The notes: generated by a model from the sequence alone, not told the origin. DNA of 64,000 nt from Bacteroidota bacterium (GCA_031427625.1 JANPNV010000054.1:9110-73109), one strand, 5' to 3'. Shown: positions 19,949 through 30,169, counted from the stretch's first letter. Numbers and translations are program-made.

Positions 19949-20797
19949 ATGCAAATTTTCGACAAAATCCACGATATGCAGGATGTTCTGCATGCCTTAG
20001 AAAAGAAGGGCAAAACCATTGGTTTCGTCCCAACGATGGGCGCATTACATGCCGGACACCTGTCGCTTGTACAAAAAGCAGCTGATGAAAATGATATTGT
20101 TGTCGTCAGTATTTTTGTAAATCCAACCCAATTTAATAATCCTGACGACCTTAAAAACTATCCTCATACTCCTGAAGCAGATGAAATAATGCTTAAAAAC
20201 ATTCATGTGGATTTTCTTTTTAAACCCAATGTGAATGAAATTTATCATGGAAATGAGAGCATAAACGAAATCCCAAATGTTGGTCGGCTTGGTGAATTAA
20301 TGGAAGGAGTTCATCGCAGAGGACATTTTTCAGGCGTCGTTCAAATTGTAAAACGCCTTTTTGAAATTGTCAGGCCTACCAGGGCTTATTTCGGAGAAAA
20401 AGATTTTCAGCAACTGGCGATTATCAGAAATATGGTAAATAAAATAGCTATGCCTGTAAATATTGTTCCTTGTCAAACAATACGTGAAGAAAACGGTTTG
20501 GCAATGAGCTCAAGAAACATGAGACTTACCGATGATGAAAAAAAGGCGGCATCAGAAATTTTCAGAGCATTGATTTATGTAAAAGAAAATACCGGTAAAA
20601 CAAATCCACAGATATTAATACAAGAGGCTATTCAAAAAATTAATTCCAATGCCGGACTTAAAGTGGAATACATCGAAATTGCCGATGAAGAAAATCTAGA
20701 ACCTGTCAGTGATTGGAAAAACCATAAAAGTGTTAGAGTTTTTGCTGCCGTATTTTGCAACTCGATAAGACTAATTGATAATATAAAGCTGTATTAA
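19949..20797 (+). CDS. panC: pantoate--beta-alanine ligase
   Basis: Contains GFVPTMGALHAGHLSLV and downstream HIGH-class motifs. ATG 19949 gives a ~283 aa canonical length. Confidence 0.9.
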   Translation: MQIFDKIHDMQDVLHALEKKGKTIGFVPTMGALHAGHLSLVQKAADENDIVVVSIFVNPTQFNNPDDLKNYPHTPEADEIMLKNIHVDFLFKPNVNEIYHGNESINEIPNVGRLGELMEGVHRRGHFSGVVQIVKRLFEIVRPTRAYFGEKDFQQLAIIRNMVNKIAMPVNIVPCQTIREENGLAMSSRNMRLTDDEKKAASEIFRALIYVKENTGKTNPQILIQEAIQKINSNAGLKVEYIEIADEENLEPVSDWKNHKSVRVFAAVFCNSIRLIDNIKLY

Positions 20798-20826
20798 TAC
20801 TCAATAGTTAACTTTTAAATTTTCAA

Positions 20827-21969
20827 TTGCCAATGAATGTCTATTTGGATTACAATGCTACAACGCCGCTAGATAAAAGGGTTTTGAAGGAAATGCTTCC
20901 GGCTTTGACTGATAACTTTGGCAATGCAGCAAGTAAAACGCATGTGTTCGGATGGAGAGCAGCAGAAGCAGTCAAGAAGGCAAGAGAACAAATCGCACAA
21001 TTTATCCATGCCGAAGAAAGTGAAGTCATATTTACTTCCGGTGCCACAGAAGCAATTAATCTGGCAATAAAAGGAGTGGCCGAAGCGTATTCATCAAAAG
21101 GAAGTCATATAGTAATTTCAGCAACAGAACATAAAGCTGTGATTGATACATGCAAGCACCTTGAAAAACTCGGCAAAGAAATATCTGTAGTGCCCGTACT
21201 TTCTGATGGTATGATTAATCTTGAAATACTCGATTCAACAATCAGGAAGGATACAGTATTGGTATGTACGATGTATGCTAATAATGAAACAGGAGTCATT
21301 CTTCCTATTTCTGAAATTTCTGAAATAGTTCATCGAAAGGGATCTTTGCTTTTTACAGATGCAACGCAGGCATCGGGAAAAACAACTTTAGATGTAAACG
21401 ACTGTCATGCCGATTTACTATGTCTTTCTGCTCACAAAATGTACGGACCCAAAGGTGTGGGCGCTCTATATGTTAGAAGAAAAAATCCAAGAGTTACTTT
21501 GATTGCCCAGATGGATGGTGGCGGACACGAACGAAATTTTCGAAGTGGTACACTGAATGTGCCTGGAATAATCGGCATGGGAGCAGCTTGTGAAATTGCC
21601 GGTAAAGAACAATGGGATGATGCATCAAGGATGTCAGCTCTCAGAACATATCTAGAGCAAGGTCTTATGGTTTCTGGAAGGGTGTCGATTAATGGCAACA
21701 TGAGAAATCGACTGCCAAATACTACCAATTTATGTTTTCATGATGTGAAATCAGAAACATTAATCATTAAGTTGCCTCAATTTGCCATGGCCACTGGCAG
21801 CGCCTGCTCCTCTGCACTTCCTGAACCTTCGCATGTTTTACTCGCAATGGGACTTGCATCTGATCAGGCTTATTCTTCAATTCGGTTTTCTCTTGGGAAA
21901 TTTACAACACAGGAAGAGATTGAGTATGTTGTGAAAACTTTCAATCAGGTTTTGAAAGATAATCGGTAA
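20827..21969 (+). CDS. cysteine desulfurase (class V aminotransferase, NifS/IscS-like)
   Basis: Contains YLDYNATTP, a PLP-lysine region (SAHKMYGPKG) and the active-site loop ATGSACSS. Confidence 0.85.
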   Translation: MPMNVYLDYNATTPLDKRVLKEMLPALTDNFGNAASKTHVFGWRAAEAVKKAREQIAQFIHAEESEVIFTSGATEAINLAIKGVAEAYSSKGSHIVISATEHKAVIDTCKHLEKLGKEISVVPVLSDGMINLEILDSTIRKDTVLVCTMYANNETGVILPISEISEIVHRKGSLLFTDATQASGKTTLDVNDCHADLLCLSAHKMYGPKGVGALYVRRKNPRVTLIAQMDGGGHERNFRSGTLNVPGIIGMGAACEIAGKEQWDDASRMSALRTYLEQGLMVSGRVSINGNMRNRLPNTTNLCFHDVKSETLIIKLPQFAMATGSACSSALPEPSHVLLAMGLASDQAYSSIRFSLGKFTTQEEIEYVVKTFNQVLKDNR

Positions 21970-22065
21970 TTTATTTTTTCATTTTGAATACTTCTAAATA
22001 TATATACAACTATACTTTCATGCCTTCAGTTTTCTCATTTACTTTACAAATGAAAAAAATATAAG

Positions 22066-22773
22066 ATGCACGGTCCACTGGAACATAAAGAAGAACACTT
22101 TCAACAATCAGAAACGATCAGGGATATTGTGATTGGTATGGCCGATGGCCTTACTGTTCCGTTTGCTCTTGCCGCAGGATTAAGTAATGTTGTGAGTGCC
22201 ATCGATGGAAATAATATTATTATTACCGCAGGACTAGCCGAAATTATTGCTGGATCTATTGCCATGGGACTTGGTGGGTATCTGGCAGGAAAAACAGAAA
22301 TTGAACATTATAATTCCGAACTGAAAAGGGAGTACACAGAAATTGATACTCATTATGAAACAGAAAGAAAGGAAGTAAAAGAAATTTTTGCCGGATATGG
22401 CCTGTCTGCTCAGTCGCAGGATATAATTATGGATGAAATGGAAAAAGACCGTGACAAGTGGGTCGATTTCATGATGAGGTTTGAACTTGGTTTAGATAAA
22501 CCAGATCTTAACAGAGCCAGACAAAGCGCAAGAAATATTGGACTGGCTTATATTGCCGGTGGAATCGTGCCATTGTCTGCTTATTTTTTTACTAATACAC
22601 CCGGACAAGGACTTATAATTTCTGCCATCGCCACCGTTTTTTGTCTGCTTTTCTTCGGATATTATAAAACAAAAGTGATGGGTCAGGACCCTGTCAAAGG
22701 ATCTCTGCGTACTGCTATGATTGGTATTCTTGCAGGTGCTGCCGCTTACTTTGTTGCCAGATTATTTACCTGA
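22066..22773 (+). CDS. VIT1/CCC1 family Fe2+/Mn2+ transporter
   Basis: Contains DIVIGMADGLTVPFALAAGLS and a cytoplasmic helical segment followed by TM helices. Confidence 0.75.
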   Translation: MHGPLEHKEEHFQQSETIRDIVIGMADGLTVPFALAAGLSNVVSAIDGNNIIITAGLAEIIAGSIAMGLGGYLAGKTEIEHYNSELKREYTEIDTHYETERKEVKEIFAGYGLSAQSQDIIMDEMEKDRDKWVDFMMRFELGLDKPDLNRARQSARNIGLAYIAGGIVPLSAYFFTNTPGQGLIISAIATVFCLLFFGYYKTKVMGQDPVKGSLRTAMIGILAGAAAYFVARLFT

Positions 22774-22788
22774 TATTTATTAGCATCC

Positions 22789-23535
22789 ATGATTGCCAAA
22801 ATACAAACAGCTCAGGGCGAAATAAAAGTTGATCTTTCAAAACCTCTTGATATATCAATTCCATTGATAGCTGGAGACGATAATGTAAATGCTTTTTTCA
22901 TCCCGCCCATAAAGTATGAGGCTTTTAAAGCCGGAAGTTTTATCGGAGATGTCTCCAAAGGCGGAAGTTGTAATGTATTTTCCATATCATTTAATCCTCA
23001 TGGAAACGGAACTCATACAGAGTCTGTCGGACACATTAGCAAAGAGAAATATCCTATATATAAATCATTGACGGAGTTTTTTTTTCTATCAAAACTTATA
23101 ACGATTACTCCTGAAAAACAATCGAACGATTACGTAATAACTGCAGCTCAACTTGAGAAAGTATTAAAAGGACAATGCCCGGAATCTTTAATCATCAGAA
23201 CGTTGCCTAACACTGACGAAAAATTAACGGCTCATTATTCCGGAAAAAATCCTCCATTCATTGATGCAAAAGCAGCAGAATATATTAGATCGTTATCAGT
23301 AAAGCATCTGATTCTGGATTTGCCAAGCATCGACAAGGAAAATGACGGCGGAAAGTTATCGGCTCATCATGCTTTTTGGAATTATCCGGAATCGCCGCGA
23401 AACGATTGCACCATTACAGAGCTTGCCTACATACCTAATAACTGGCCAGACGACACTTATCTAATTAATCTCCAAATCGTTAGCTTCGATAATGATGCAA
23501 GTCCGAGTAAACCGGTGCTTTATCAGCTTTTATAA
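22789..23535 (+). CDS. cyclase family protein (kynurenine formamidase-like)
   Basis: The HGNGTHTESVGHI segment matches the HxGTHxDxPxH metal-binding signature of the cyclase/arylformamidase family. Confidence 0.6.
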   Translation: MIAKIQTAQGEIKVDLSKPLDISIPLIAGDDNVNAFFIPPIKYEAFKAGSFIGDVSKGGSCNVFSISFNPHGNGTHTESVGHISKEKYPIYKSLTEFFFLSKLITITPEKQSNDYVITAAQLEKVLKGQCPESLIIRTLPNTDEKLTAHYSGKNPPFIDAKAAEYIRSLSVKHLILDLPSIDKENDGGKLSAHHAFWNYPESPRNDCTITELAYIPNNWPDDTYLINLQIVSFDNDASPSKPVLYQLL

Positions 23536-23602
23536 ATAGGCTCATCATTTATTTAATACGATAAATTAGTTTTTCAAAATAAGTGAGTGATGAAAATTAT
23601 CC

Positions 23603-23678
23603 GGTGACTTTTCATAAAAAGTCGGTCGATATGCTGTTTTATGGTGACTTTCTGATCAATCGATATCGATAAAAGTCA
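23603..23678. promoter_or_regulatory. candidate operator: two GGTGACTTT direct repeats, each the left arm of an inverted repeat (GACTTTT-cata-AAAAGTC; TGACTTT...ATCGATATCGAT...AAAGTCA)
   Basis: Read directly in the 331 bp intergenic region upstream of actA. Bases 23606-23623 form a perfect 7-bp stem. Bases 23645-23678 are an outer 7-bp inverted repeat enclosing the 12-bp palindrome ATCGATATCGAT. Confidence 0.4.
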
Positions 23679-23866
23679 TGTAAAAACAGCAGTTAGCCTC
23701 AAAATACTCTAACCAACTATCAACATTCCAGCCTGTTACTCTTTTTGTAAAAATTTTTTCAGAAAAACTTTCTAGAAAACATGTTTCTGATAAATTTGCA
23801 CCCATTCAAAAAACTTACAATTTGATGACTGCAAAAGCATCAAGTGTCATTTTTTGAACTTAAAAG

Positions 23867-25123
23867 ATGGTGGACCAAAAAAAAGTTATGAATTACCCTC
23901 GCGTAACAAAGTACTTCTCTCTGTTTATTTCGGTTTTTTTAGTTGCATTTATTTCGACAACGTCTGTTTTTGGGCAAGATGGTGAAGCATTATTTAAAGC
24001 CAACTGTACTTCTTGTCATGCAATAAACGATAGAGTAATAGGGCCGCCGCTCAAAGGCATATCGCAACGTCATAAGGAAGACTGGCTTTTAAAATGGATT
24101 AAAAATTCTCAGGCAGTCGTAAAAAGCGGTGATCCTTATGCAGTAAAAATTTTCGCAGAATACAACAAAGTAGTAATGACATCTTTCAGTCTGAAGGATG
24201 ATGAAATAAAAGCTATTCTTGCCTATGTACAGAAAGCAGAAAAGGAAGTAGCAGCCGGACCAAATGCATCAGCACCGGGAACAGTTGCTGATGAAAAACC
24301 TAAAGTCATCTGGCCATGGTTGCTTTTTGCTGCCATCGTTCTTTACCTTTTAAGTGGTGTTTTACGCCGTGTGCAGGAAACACTTTCAAAAGCACTGAGA
24401 CAAAAAGAAGGATTGCCTGAACCAGCAGTTATTTCGACCCGGAAAAGAAATAGGGAATGGATAAGAGGAAATAAAAAGCTCATTGCTGTCATTCTTATTT
24501 TTCTAACAATTGCCGGAAGTGTTAAAGGATGGTATTCGTTAATGTCTATTGGAATTTCAACAGGATATCAGCCTGATCAGCCTATAGCTTACTCACATAA
24601 ACTCCATGCGGGCGACATGCAAATATCTTGTGTCTATTGCCACAGTGGTGCCGAAAGAGGTAAGACAGCAGGAATTCCTTCTGCGAATGTTTGTATGAAC
24701 TGCCACAAATTTGTGAAGTCAGGTCCAACAACAGGTACAACAGAAATTGCAAAAATTTATAAGGCACTTGATTATGATCCGTCAACAGGAGTTTATGGGC
24801 CATATCCAAAACCAGTGCAGTGGGTGAGAGTTCATAATCTTCCTGACTTTGCTTATTTCAATCACAGCCAGCATTACGTTGTTGGAAAAATAGAATGTCA
24901 GACATGCCACGGTCCTGTACAAGATAGCATGACAGTAGCAATGCAATATTCGCCGTTGACAATGCAATGGTGTATCGATTGCCACCGTGTTACAAAAGTG
25001 AAAATGGCAGGTAATGGTTACTATGAAGATGAGCATAAGGCATTGTTGAAAAAATATGGAGCAGATTCATTGCTAACAGTTGAAACAATTGGCGGACTAG
25101 AGTGCGCCAGATGTCATTATTAA
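23867..25123 (+). CDS. actA: alternative complex III subunit ActA, hexaheme (pentaheme ActA fused to an N-terminal class I cytochrome c domain)
   Basis: Six CxxCH motifs: CTSCH, CVYCH, CMNCH, CQTCH, CIDCH, CARCH. A signal peptide, then a c-type domain, then two TM helices with a positive-inside loop, then the pentaheme domain. Confidence 0.8.
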   Translation: MVDQKKVMNYPRVTKYFSLFISVFLVAFISTTSVFGQDGEALFKANCTSCHAINDRVIGPPLKGISQRHKEDWLLKWIKNSQAVVKSGDPYAVKIFAEYNKVVMTSFSLKDDEIKAILAYVQKAEKEVAAGPNASAPGTVADEKPKVIWPWLLFAAIVLYLLSGVLRRVQETLSKALRQKEGLPEPAVISTRKRNREWIRGNKKLIAVILIFLTIAGSVKGWYSLMSIGISTGYQPDQPIAYSHKLHAGDMQISCVYCHSGAERGKTAGIPSANVCMNCHKFVKSGPTTGTTEIAKIYKALDYDPSTGVYGPYPKPVQWVRVHNLPDFAYFNHSQHYVVGKIECQTCHGPVQDSMTVAMQYSPLTMQWCIDCHRVTKVKMAGNGYYEDEHKALLKKYGADSLLTVETIGGLECARCHY

Positions 25124-25188
25124 TTAAAATCGAATTGCACGTAATGTGCTTTAAAAATATCCGGTTAAGGGAAAACTAACCTCCTACA

Positions 25189-28100
25189 ATGGAAAAGAAA
25201 TACTGGAAAGGTGTTGATGAATTGAAGAACGACGCAGAATTTGTGCGTCTTAAAAACAATGAATTCTACGAGAACCTCCCGCTTGATGAAGTTATTGGTA
25301 AGAAGGCAGAAGAAGGCCTGACACCACGAAGAGATTTTCTTAAATTTCTTGGATTCAGCGTTGCTGCTGCATCGCTTGCGGCTTGCGAGACTCCTGTTCG
25401 CAAAACAATTCCCTATTTAATTCGCCCGGATCAGATAACTCCAGGTATTGCAAATTATTATGCATCCACATTTTCTGATGGTTACGACTATGCCAGTCTC
25501 TTAGTTAAAACCCGTGAAGGTCGTCCAATCAAGATAGAAGGAAACACATTAAGTTCTGTAACGAAAGGAAAAGTAAATGCACGTATTCAGGCTTCCGTGC
25601 TTTCGTTATATGACAATGCAAGACTGCAAGGTCCTGTTATGAATGGTCAGAATGCAACATGGTCTTTAGTTGATAAAGCGATCAGCGATAAACTTGCTGA
25701 AGTTGCTGCAAAGGGCGGAAATATCAGAATACTTTCGTCTACCGTAAACAGCCCGACAACTCTAAAAGTCATTGCAGACTTTGCGAATAAGTATAAAAAC
25801 ACAAAACATATACAGTATGATGCAATTTCCTGCTCTGCAATGTTGCAGTCTAATCAGGAATCGTTTGGCGTAAACGCTATTCCATCATACATGTTTAATA
25901 AAGCCAATGTAATTGTTGGTTTTGATTGCGATTTTCTGCTCAACTGGTTATCGCCAATCGAATATGCTTCTCAATATGCAGAGACACGCAAACTTGATGA
26001 TGGTCGTAAGGAGATGTCCCGTCACTATCATTTCGAAAGCGCACTTTCACTTACAGGAAGTAATTCCGATGTCCGCACCGGAATAAAACCATCACAGCAA
26101 CTTTCATATTTACTTGCACTTCATAATGCACTAGCTTCTAAAGCCGGAGCAAAATCAGCAGCGTCATCTTCTGTAAATGCAGAAGTTATTACAAAGCTTG
26201 CAAATGAATTATGGGCGAACCGTGGTAAGTCACTCGTTGTATGTGGCATCAACAATGTAGCCGCACAAAACATTGTCAATTCTATTAACGTCATGCTTAA
26301 CAGCTATGGCAATACGATTGATCTGACAAATACATGCAACCTTCGTAAGGGAAATGATACTGATCTCAGTACGCTTCTCGATGAGATGAACAAAGGTGAG
26401 GTTGCAGCAATTATTATCTACAATGCAAATCCTGTTTATACACTTCCGAACGGTAAGGCATTTGCCGATGCGTTAAAGAAGACTGAACTTTCAATATCAT
26501 TTGCAGATCGCGCAGATGAAACAGCATCAGCATGTAATTTCATCTGCCCTGATAATCATCCACTCGAATCCTGGATTGATGCAGAACCAAAAAAAGGAAA
26601 ATATTCTTTCGGTCAACCGACCATTTCTCCACTCTTCAGCACGCGTCAGATGCAGGAAAGTCTTTTAATGTGGGCGGGAATGACTACAAATATTCATGAT
26701 TACATGGCAGCATCATGGAGAACAATGGCTCCAGATGTTGCATGGGAAAAACTTTTGCAGGATGGAGTTTATGAAAAACCATCACCTACAGCTGCATCAT
26801 TTACTTCTGCCGCAAACTTATCATCGGTTTCTGATGATTCAAAAGCAGGAGTACTTGAAATTGTTCTGTATGAAAAAGCAGGCGTAGGAAACGGTGCCCA
26901 AGCCAATAATCCATGGCTTCAGGAATTACCGGATCCGATATCAAAAATTACCTGGGATAATTACCTGGCCGTATCTCCACGTGATGCACGTGAAAAGGGA
27001 TGGCAGCAGGGAAATATGGTCAGCATCAAAGCAAATGGTGTTTCTGTTAAAGCTCCTGTTCTTATTCAGCCGGGTCAAACACCGGGAACAGTTTCCATGG
27101 CTGTAGGATATGGCCGTACACATGCAGGTAAAACTGCCGACCTCGTCGGATGGAATGCATATCCGCTATCTGGACTTGCCGGAAATGCGCTTTCTTACTC
27201 AGCACCTGTAGAGATATCTAAGACAACAGACGATGATTATGCTTTTGCAGCAACACAATCTCATCATACGATGATGGGTCGTGCCATTGTAAAAGAAACG
27301 ACATTAAAAGAATATATTAAAAATCCGAATTCAGGAAATGCACCCGAACTTATTAATGTAAAGGTAGGAAAAGAAGAGAGCAAGGTTAAGTCTGAAAAAG
27401 TTACTCTTTGGGATGAGCATGAACTCGGAAATCATCATTGGGGTATGGCCATCGATCTCAATTCATGTATCGGTTGCGGTGCTTGTGTAGTAGCATGTAC
27501 GGCTGAAAATAACGTGCCTGTTGTTGGTAAAGATGAAGTAATGCGTTCCCGTGAAATGCACTGGATGCGTATCGACAGATATTATACAAGTGACTTTGAT
27601 CCTAAAGAAGGAGAAAGTGGCGACATTAAAAAAATGGAAAACCCAAGCGATATGCCTAAAGTGGTTTTCCAACCGGTAATGTGTCAACATTGTAATCATG
27701 CGCCATGTGAAACTGTGTGTCCTGTAATCGCAACAAGTCATAGCTCTGAAGGTCTAAACCAGATGATCTACAACCGTTGTGTAGGAACTCGTTATTGTGC
27801 AAACAACTGTCCGTATAAAGTACGAAGATTTAACTGGTTCCGTTATTCCGATAATCCGAAGTTCGATTACAACATGAACAACGATCTTGGGAAAATGGTT
27901 CTTAATCCTGATGTAGTTGTCCGTTCCCGTGGTGTCATGGAGAAATGTTCACTATGTGTACAACGACTGCAGGAAGGTAAATTAAATGCGAAGAGAGAAG
28001 GAAGAAAAGTAAAAGAGGGTGAAATAAATACTGCCTGTGCTCAGACATGTCCGACGAATGCAATTACATTCGGCGATTACAAACTGAAAGAAAGCAGAAT

Positions 28101-28218
28101 TAATAAGGTGTTGAATATGGAAGAGCGCAGTTATCATCTGCTTGGCGAACTGAACGTTCAGCCGAATGTGTTCTACCAGACAAAAGTTCGCAACATCGAA
28201 GAAGGAAAAGAAGCTTGA
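25189..28218 (+). CDS. actB: alternative complex III subunit ActB (molybdopterin-oxidoreductase-like + Fe-S domains)
   Basis: 1009 aa with a Tat signal (RRDFLKFLGFSVAAASLAAC) and multiple Cys clusters (CIGCGACVVAC, CQHCNHAPCETVCP, CVGTRYCANNCPYK). Confidence 0.85.
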   Translation: MEKKYWKGVDELKNDAEFVRLKNNEFYENLPLDEVIGKKAEEGLTPRRDFLKFLGFSVAAASLAACETPVRKTIPYLIRPDQITPGIANYYASTFSDGYDYASLLVKTREGRPIKIEGNTLSSVTKGKVNARIQASVLSLYDNARLQGPVMNGQNATWSLVDKAISDKLAEVAAKGGNIRILSSTVNSPTTLKVIADFANKYKNTKHIQYDAISCSAMLQSNQESFGVNAIPSYMFNKANVIVGFDCDFLLNWLSPIEYASQYAETRKLDDGRKEMSRHYHFESALSLTGSNSDVRTGIKPSQQLSYLLALHNALASKAGAKSAASSSVNAEVITKLANELWANRGKSLVVCGINNVAAQNIVNSINVMLNSYGNTIDLTNTCNLRKGNDTDLSTLLDEMNKGEVAAIIIYNANPVYTLPNGKAFADALKKTELSISFADRADETASACNFICPDNHPLESWIDAEPKKGKYSFGQPTISPLFSTRQMQESLLMWAGMTTNIHDYMAASWRTMAPDVAWEKLLQDGVYEKPSPTAASFTSAANLSSVSDDSKAGVLEIVLYEKAGVGNGAQANNPWLQELPDPISKITWDNYLAVSPRDAREKGWQQGNMVSIKANGVSVKAPVLIQPGQTPGTVSMAVGYGRTHAGKTADLVGWNAYPLSGLAGNALSYSAPVEISKTTDDDYAFAATQSHHTMMGRAIVKETTLKEYIKNPNSGNAPELINVKVGKEESKVKSEKVTLWDEHELGNHHWGMAIDLNSCIGCGACVVACTAENNVPVVGKDEVMRSREMHWMRIDRYYTSDFDPKEGESGDIKKMENPSDMPKVVFQPVMCQHCNHAPCETVCPVIATSHSSEGLNQMIYNRCVGTRYCANNCPYKVRRFNWFRYSDNPKFDYNMNNDLGKMVLNPDVVVRSRGVMEKCSLCVQRLQEGKLNAKREGRKVKEGEINTACAQTCPTNAITFGDYKLKESRINKVLNMEERSYHLLGELNVQPNVFYQTKVRNIEEGKEA

Positions 28219-28251
28219 TATAAATGATTATAAAGTAATCTATTTAAAAGC

Positions 28252-29631
28252 ATGAGTGGTAATTACGAAGCGGTAGTCCGGGACCCGTTAATTCTCGGCA
28301 AGAAATCTTATCATCAGATGACAGAGGATATCTGTCGCCCGGTGGAGGGGAAAGCTAACAAATACTGGTGGCTATCTTTTTTCATTGCCTTCGCTGCAAT
28401 GCTATGGGGAATGACATGCCTTGCTTATACAATTGGCAATGGTATCGGCTCATGGGGCGCGAACAAAACTGTTGGCTGGGCCTGGGATATTACAAACTTC
28501 GTTTGGTGGATCGGTATCGGTCACGCCGGAACGCTTATCTCTGCCATCCTTTTATTATTCAGACAGCGCTGGAGAATGTCTATCAACCGCTCTGCGGAGG
28601 CCATGACCATTTTCGCCGTAATATGTGCAGGATTATTTCCATTGTTTCATACAGGTCGTCCGTGGCTTGACTACTGGATGCTTCCGCTTCCAAACCAGTT
28701 TGGTTCGCTATGGGTAAACTTTAACTCCCCATTGTTGTGGGATGTATTTGCAATATCAACGTACTTCTCTGTATCGCTTGTGTTCTGGTATTTGGGTTTA
28801 CTTCCCGATCTGGCAACTATTCGTGACCGTTGCATCAATCCGACGAAGAGATTTATTTATGGAATATTATCATTTGGATGGAAAGGCACAGCACGAGACT
28901 GGCACCGATTTGAAGAAGTGTCGCTCGTACTAGCGGGTCTCTCTACTCCTCTTGTACTTTCAGTTCACACCATTGTATCCTTCGACTTCGCCACCTCAAT
29001 CGTACCGGGATGGCATACAACAATCTTTCCTCCATACTTTGTGGCTGGAGCCATCTTCTCCGGTTTTGCGATGGTGCTTACGCTTATGATTATTGCACGT
29101 AAGGTTCTCGGGCTTGAAGAATACATCAGCATTCAGCACATAGAGCTGATGAATAAAGTAATCATTCTTACCGGATCAATCGTTGGTGTGGCTTACATCA
29201 CCGAATTTTTTATGGCTTGGTATTCAGGAGTGCAATATGAAAGTTATGCATTTATGAATCGTGCCTTCGGTCCCTATTGGTGGGCTTACTGGAGCATGAT
29301 GACTTGTAACGTAATTACGCCTCAGCTTTTTTGGGTAAGGAAAATCAGAACAAGCATAATGGCGACGTTTATCATTTCCATTTTCGTGAATATCGGTATG
29401 TGGTTTGAGCGATTCGTAATTATCGTAACATCACTTCACCGCGATTATCTTCCTTCAAGTTGGGTAATGTATTCTCCCACTTATATAGAAGTAGGTATTT
29501 TCGTTGGCACCATCGGATTGTTCTTCACATTGTTCCTTGTGTTTTCCCGTGTATTCCCTGTAATCGCACTGGCAGAATTAAAGTCGATTATTAAGAAGAC
29601 GGGAAATCAGTATAAGAAAAAAGGTATTTAA
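28252..29631 (+). CDS. actC: alternative complex III subunit ActC (NrfD/PsrC-like quinol-interacting membrane subunit)
   Basis: 459 aa polytopic NrfD-family protein. It is in operon position 3. Confidence 0.8.
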   Translation: MSGNYEAVVRDPLILGKKSYHQMTEDICRPVEGKANKYWWLSFFIAFAAMLWGMTCLAYTIGNGIGSWGANKTVGWAWDITNFVWWIGIGHAGTLISAILLLFRQRWRMSINRSAEAMTIFAVICAGLFPLFHTGRPWLDYWMLPLPNQFGSLWVNFNSPLLWDVFAISTYFSVSLVFWYLGLLPDLATIRDRCINPTKRFIYGILSFGWKGTARDWHRFEEVSLVLAGLSTPLVLSVHTIVSFDFATSIVPGWHTTIFPPYFVAGAIFSGFAMVLTLMIIARKVLGLEEYISIQHIELMNKVIILTGSIVGVAYITEFFMAWYSGVQYESYAFMNRAFGPYWWAYWSMMTCNVITPQLFWVRKIRTSIMATFIISIFVNIGMWFERFVIIVTSLHRDYLPSSWVMYSPTYIEVGIFVGTIGLFFTLFLVFSRVFPVIALAELKSIIKKTGNQYKKKGI

Positions 29632-29635
29632 TATC

Positions 29636-30169
29636 ATGACAAAAAGAATATACGGCATTTTCGACGATGAAGAAATCCTGATGCAGGCAATTCCCAAACT
29701 ACAAGCGCAGGGAGTTGTATGCAAGGATGTACAAAGTCCGTTTCCAATTCACGGAATTGAGCCATTATTGAAAATACCAAGGACAAGAATATCGATTGCA
29801 TCATTCCTGTTCGGAATTTCAGGAACATCCTTTGCGCTCTGGATGACCTGGTATATGATGATTCATGACTGGCCGATAAACATCGGAGGTAAACCGAACT
29901 TCATGCTATATATGAACCTTCCAGCATTTATACCGGTTACTTTCGAGTTAACAGTATTCTGCGCCGCACATGGCATGGCACTTACATTTCTTCTTAGAAG
30001 CAAAATACTTCCGGGAGTAACTGCTCCGATTCCACATCCAAGACTTACAGATGATAAATTCGTACTTCATGTAGATGTTAAGGATGAAAGCAAAACAAAT
30101 GAAATCGCTGAATTAATGAAATCAAATGGTGCATCTGACGTACTGTATAAGTCAATGCAATACGCATGA
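29636..30169 (+). CDS. actD: alternative complex III subunit ActD
   Basis: 177 aa with two TM helices (DUF3341-like). Position in the operon supports the call. Confidence 0.65.
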   Translation: MTKRIYGIFDDEEILMQAIPKLQAQGVVCKDVQSPFPIHGIEPLLKIPRTRISIASFLFGISGTSFALWMTWYMMIHDWPINIGGKPNFMLYMNLPAFIPVTFELTVFCAAHGMALTFLLRSKILPGVTAPIPHPRLTDDKFVLHVDVKDESKTNEIAELMKSNGASDVLYKSMQYA

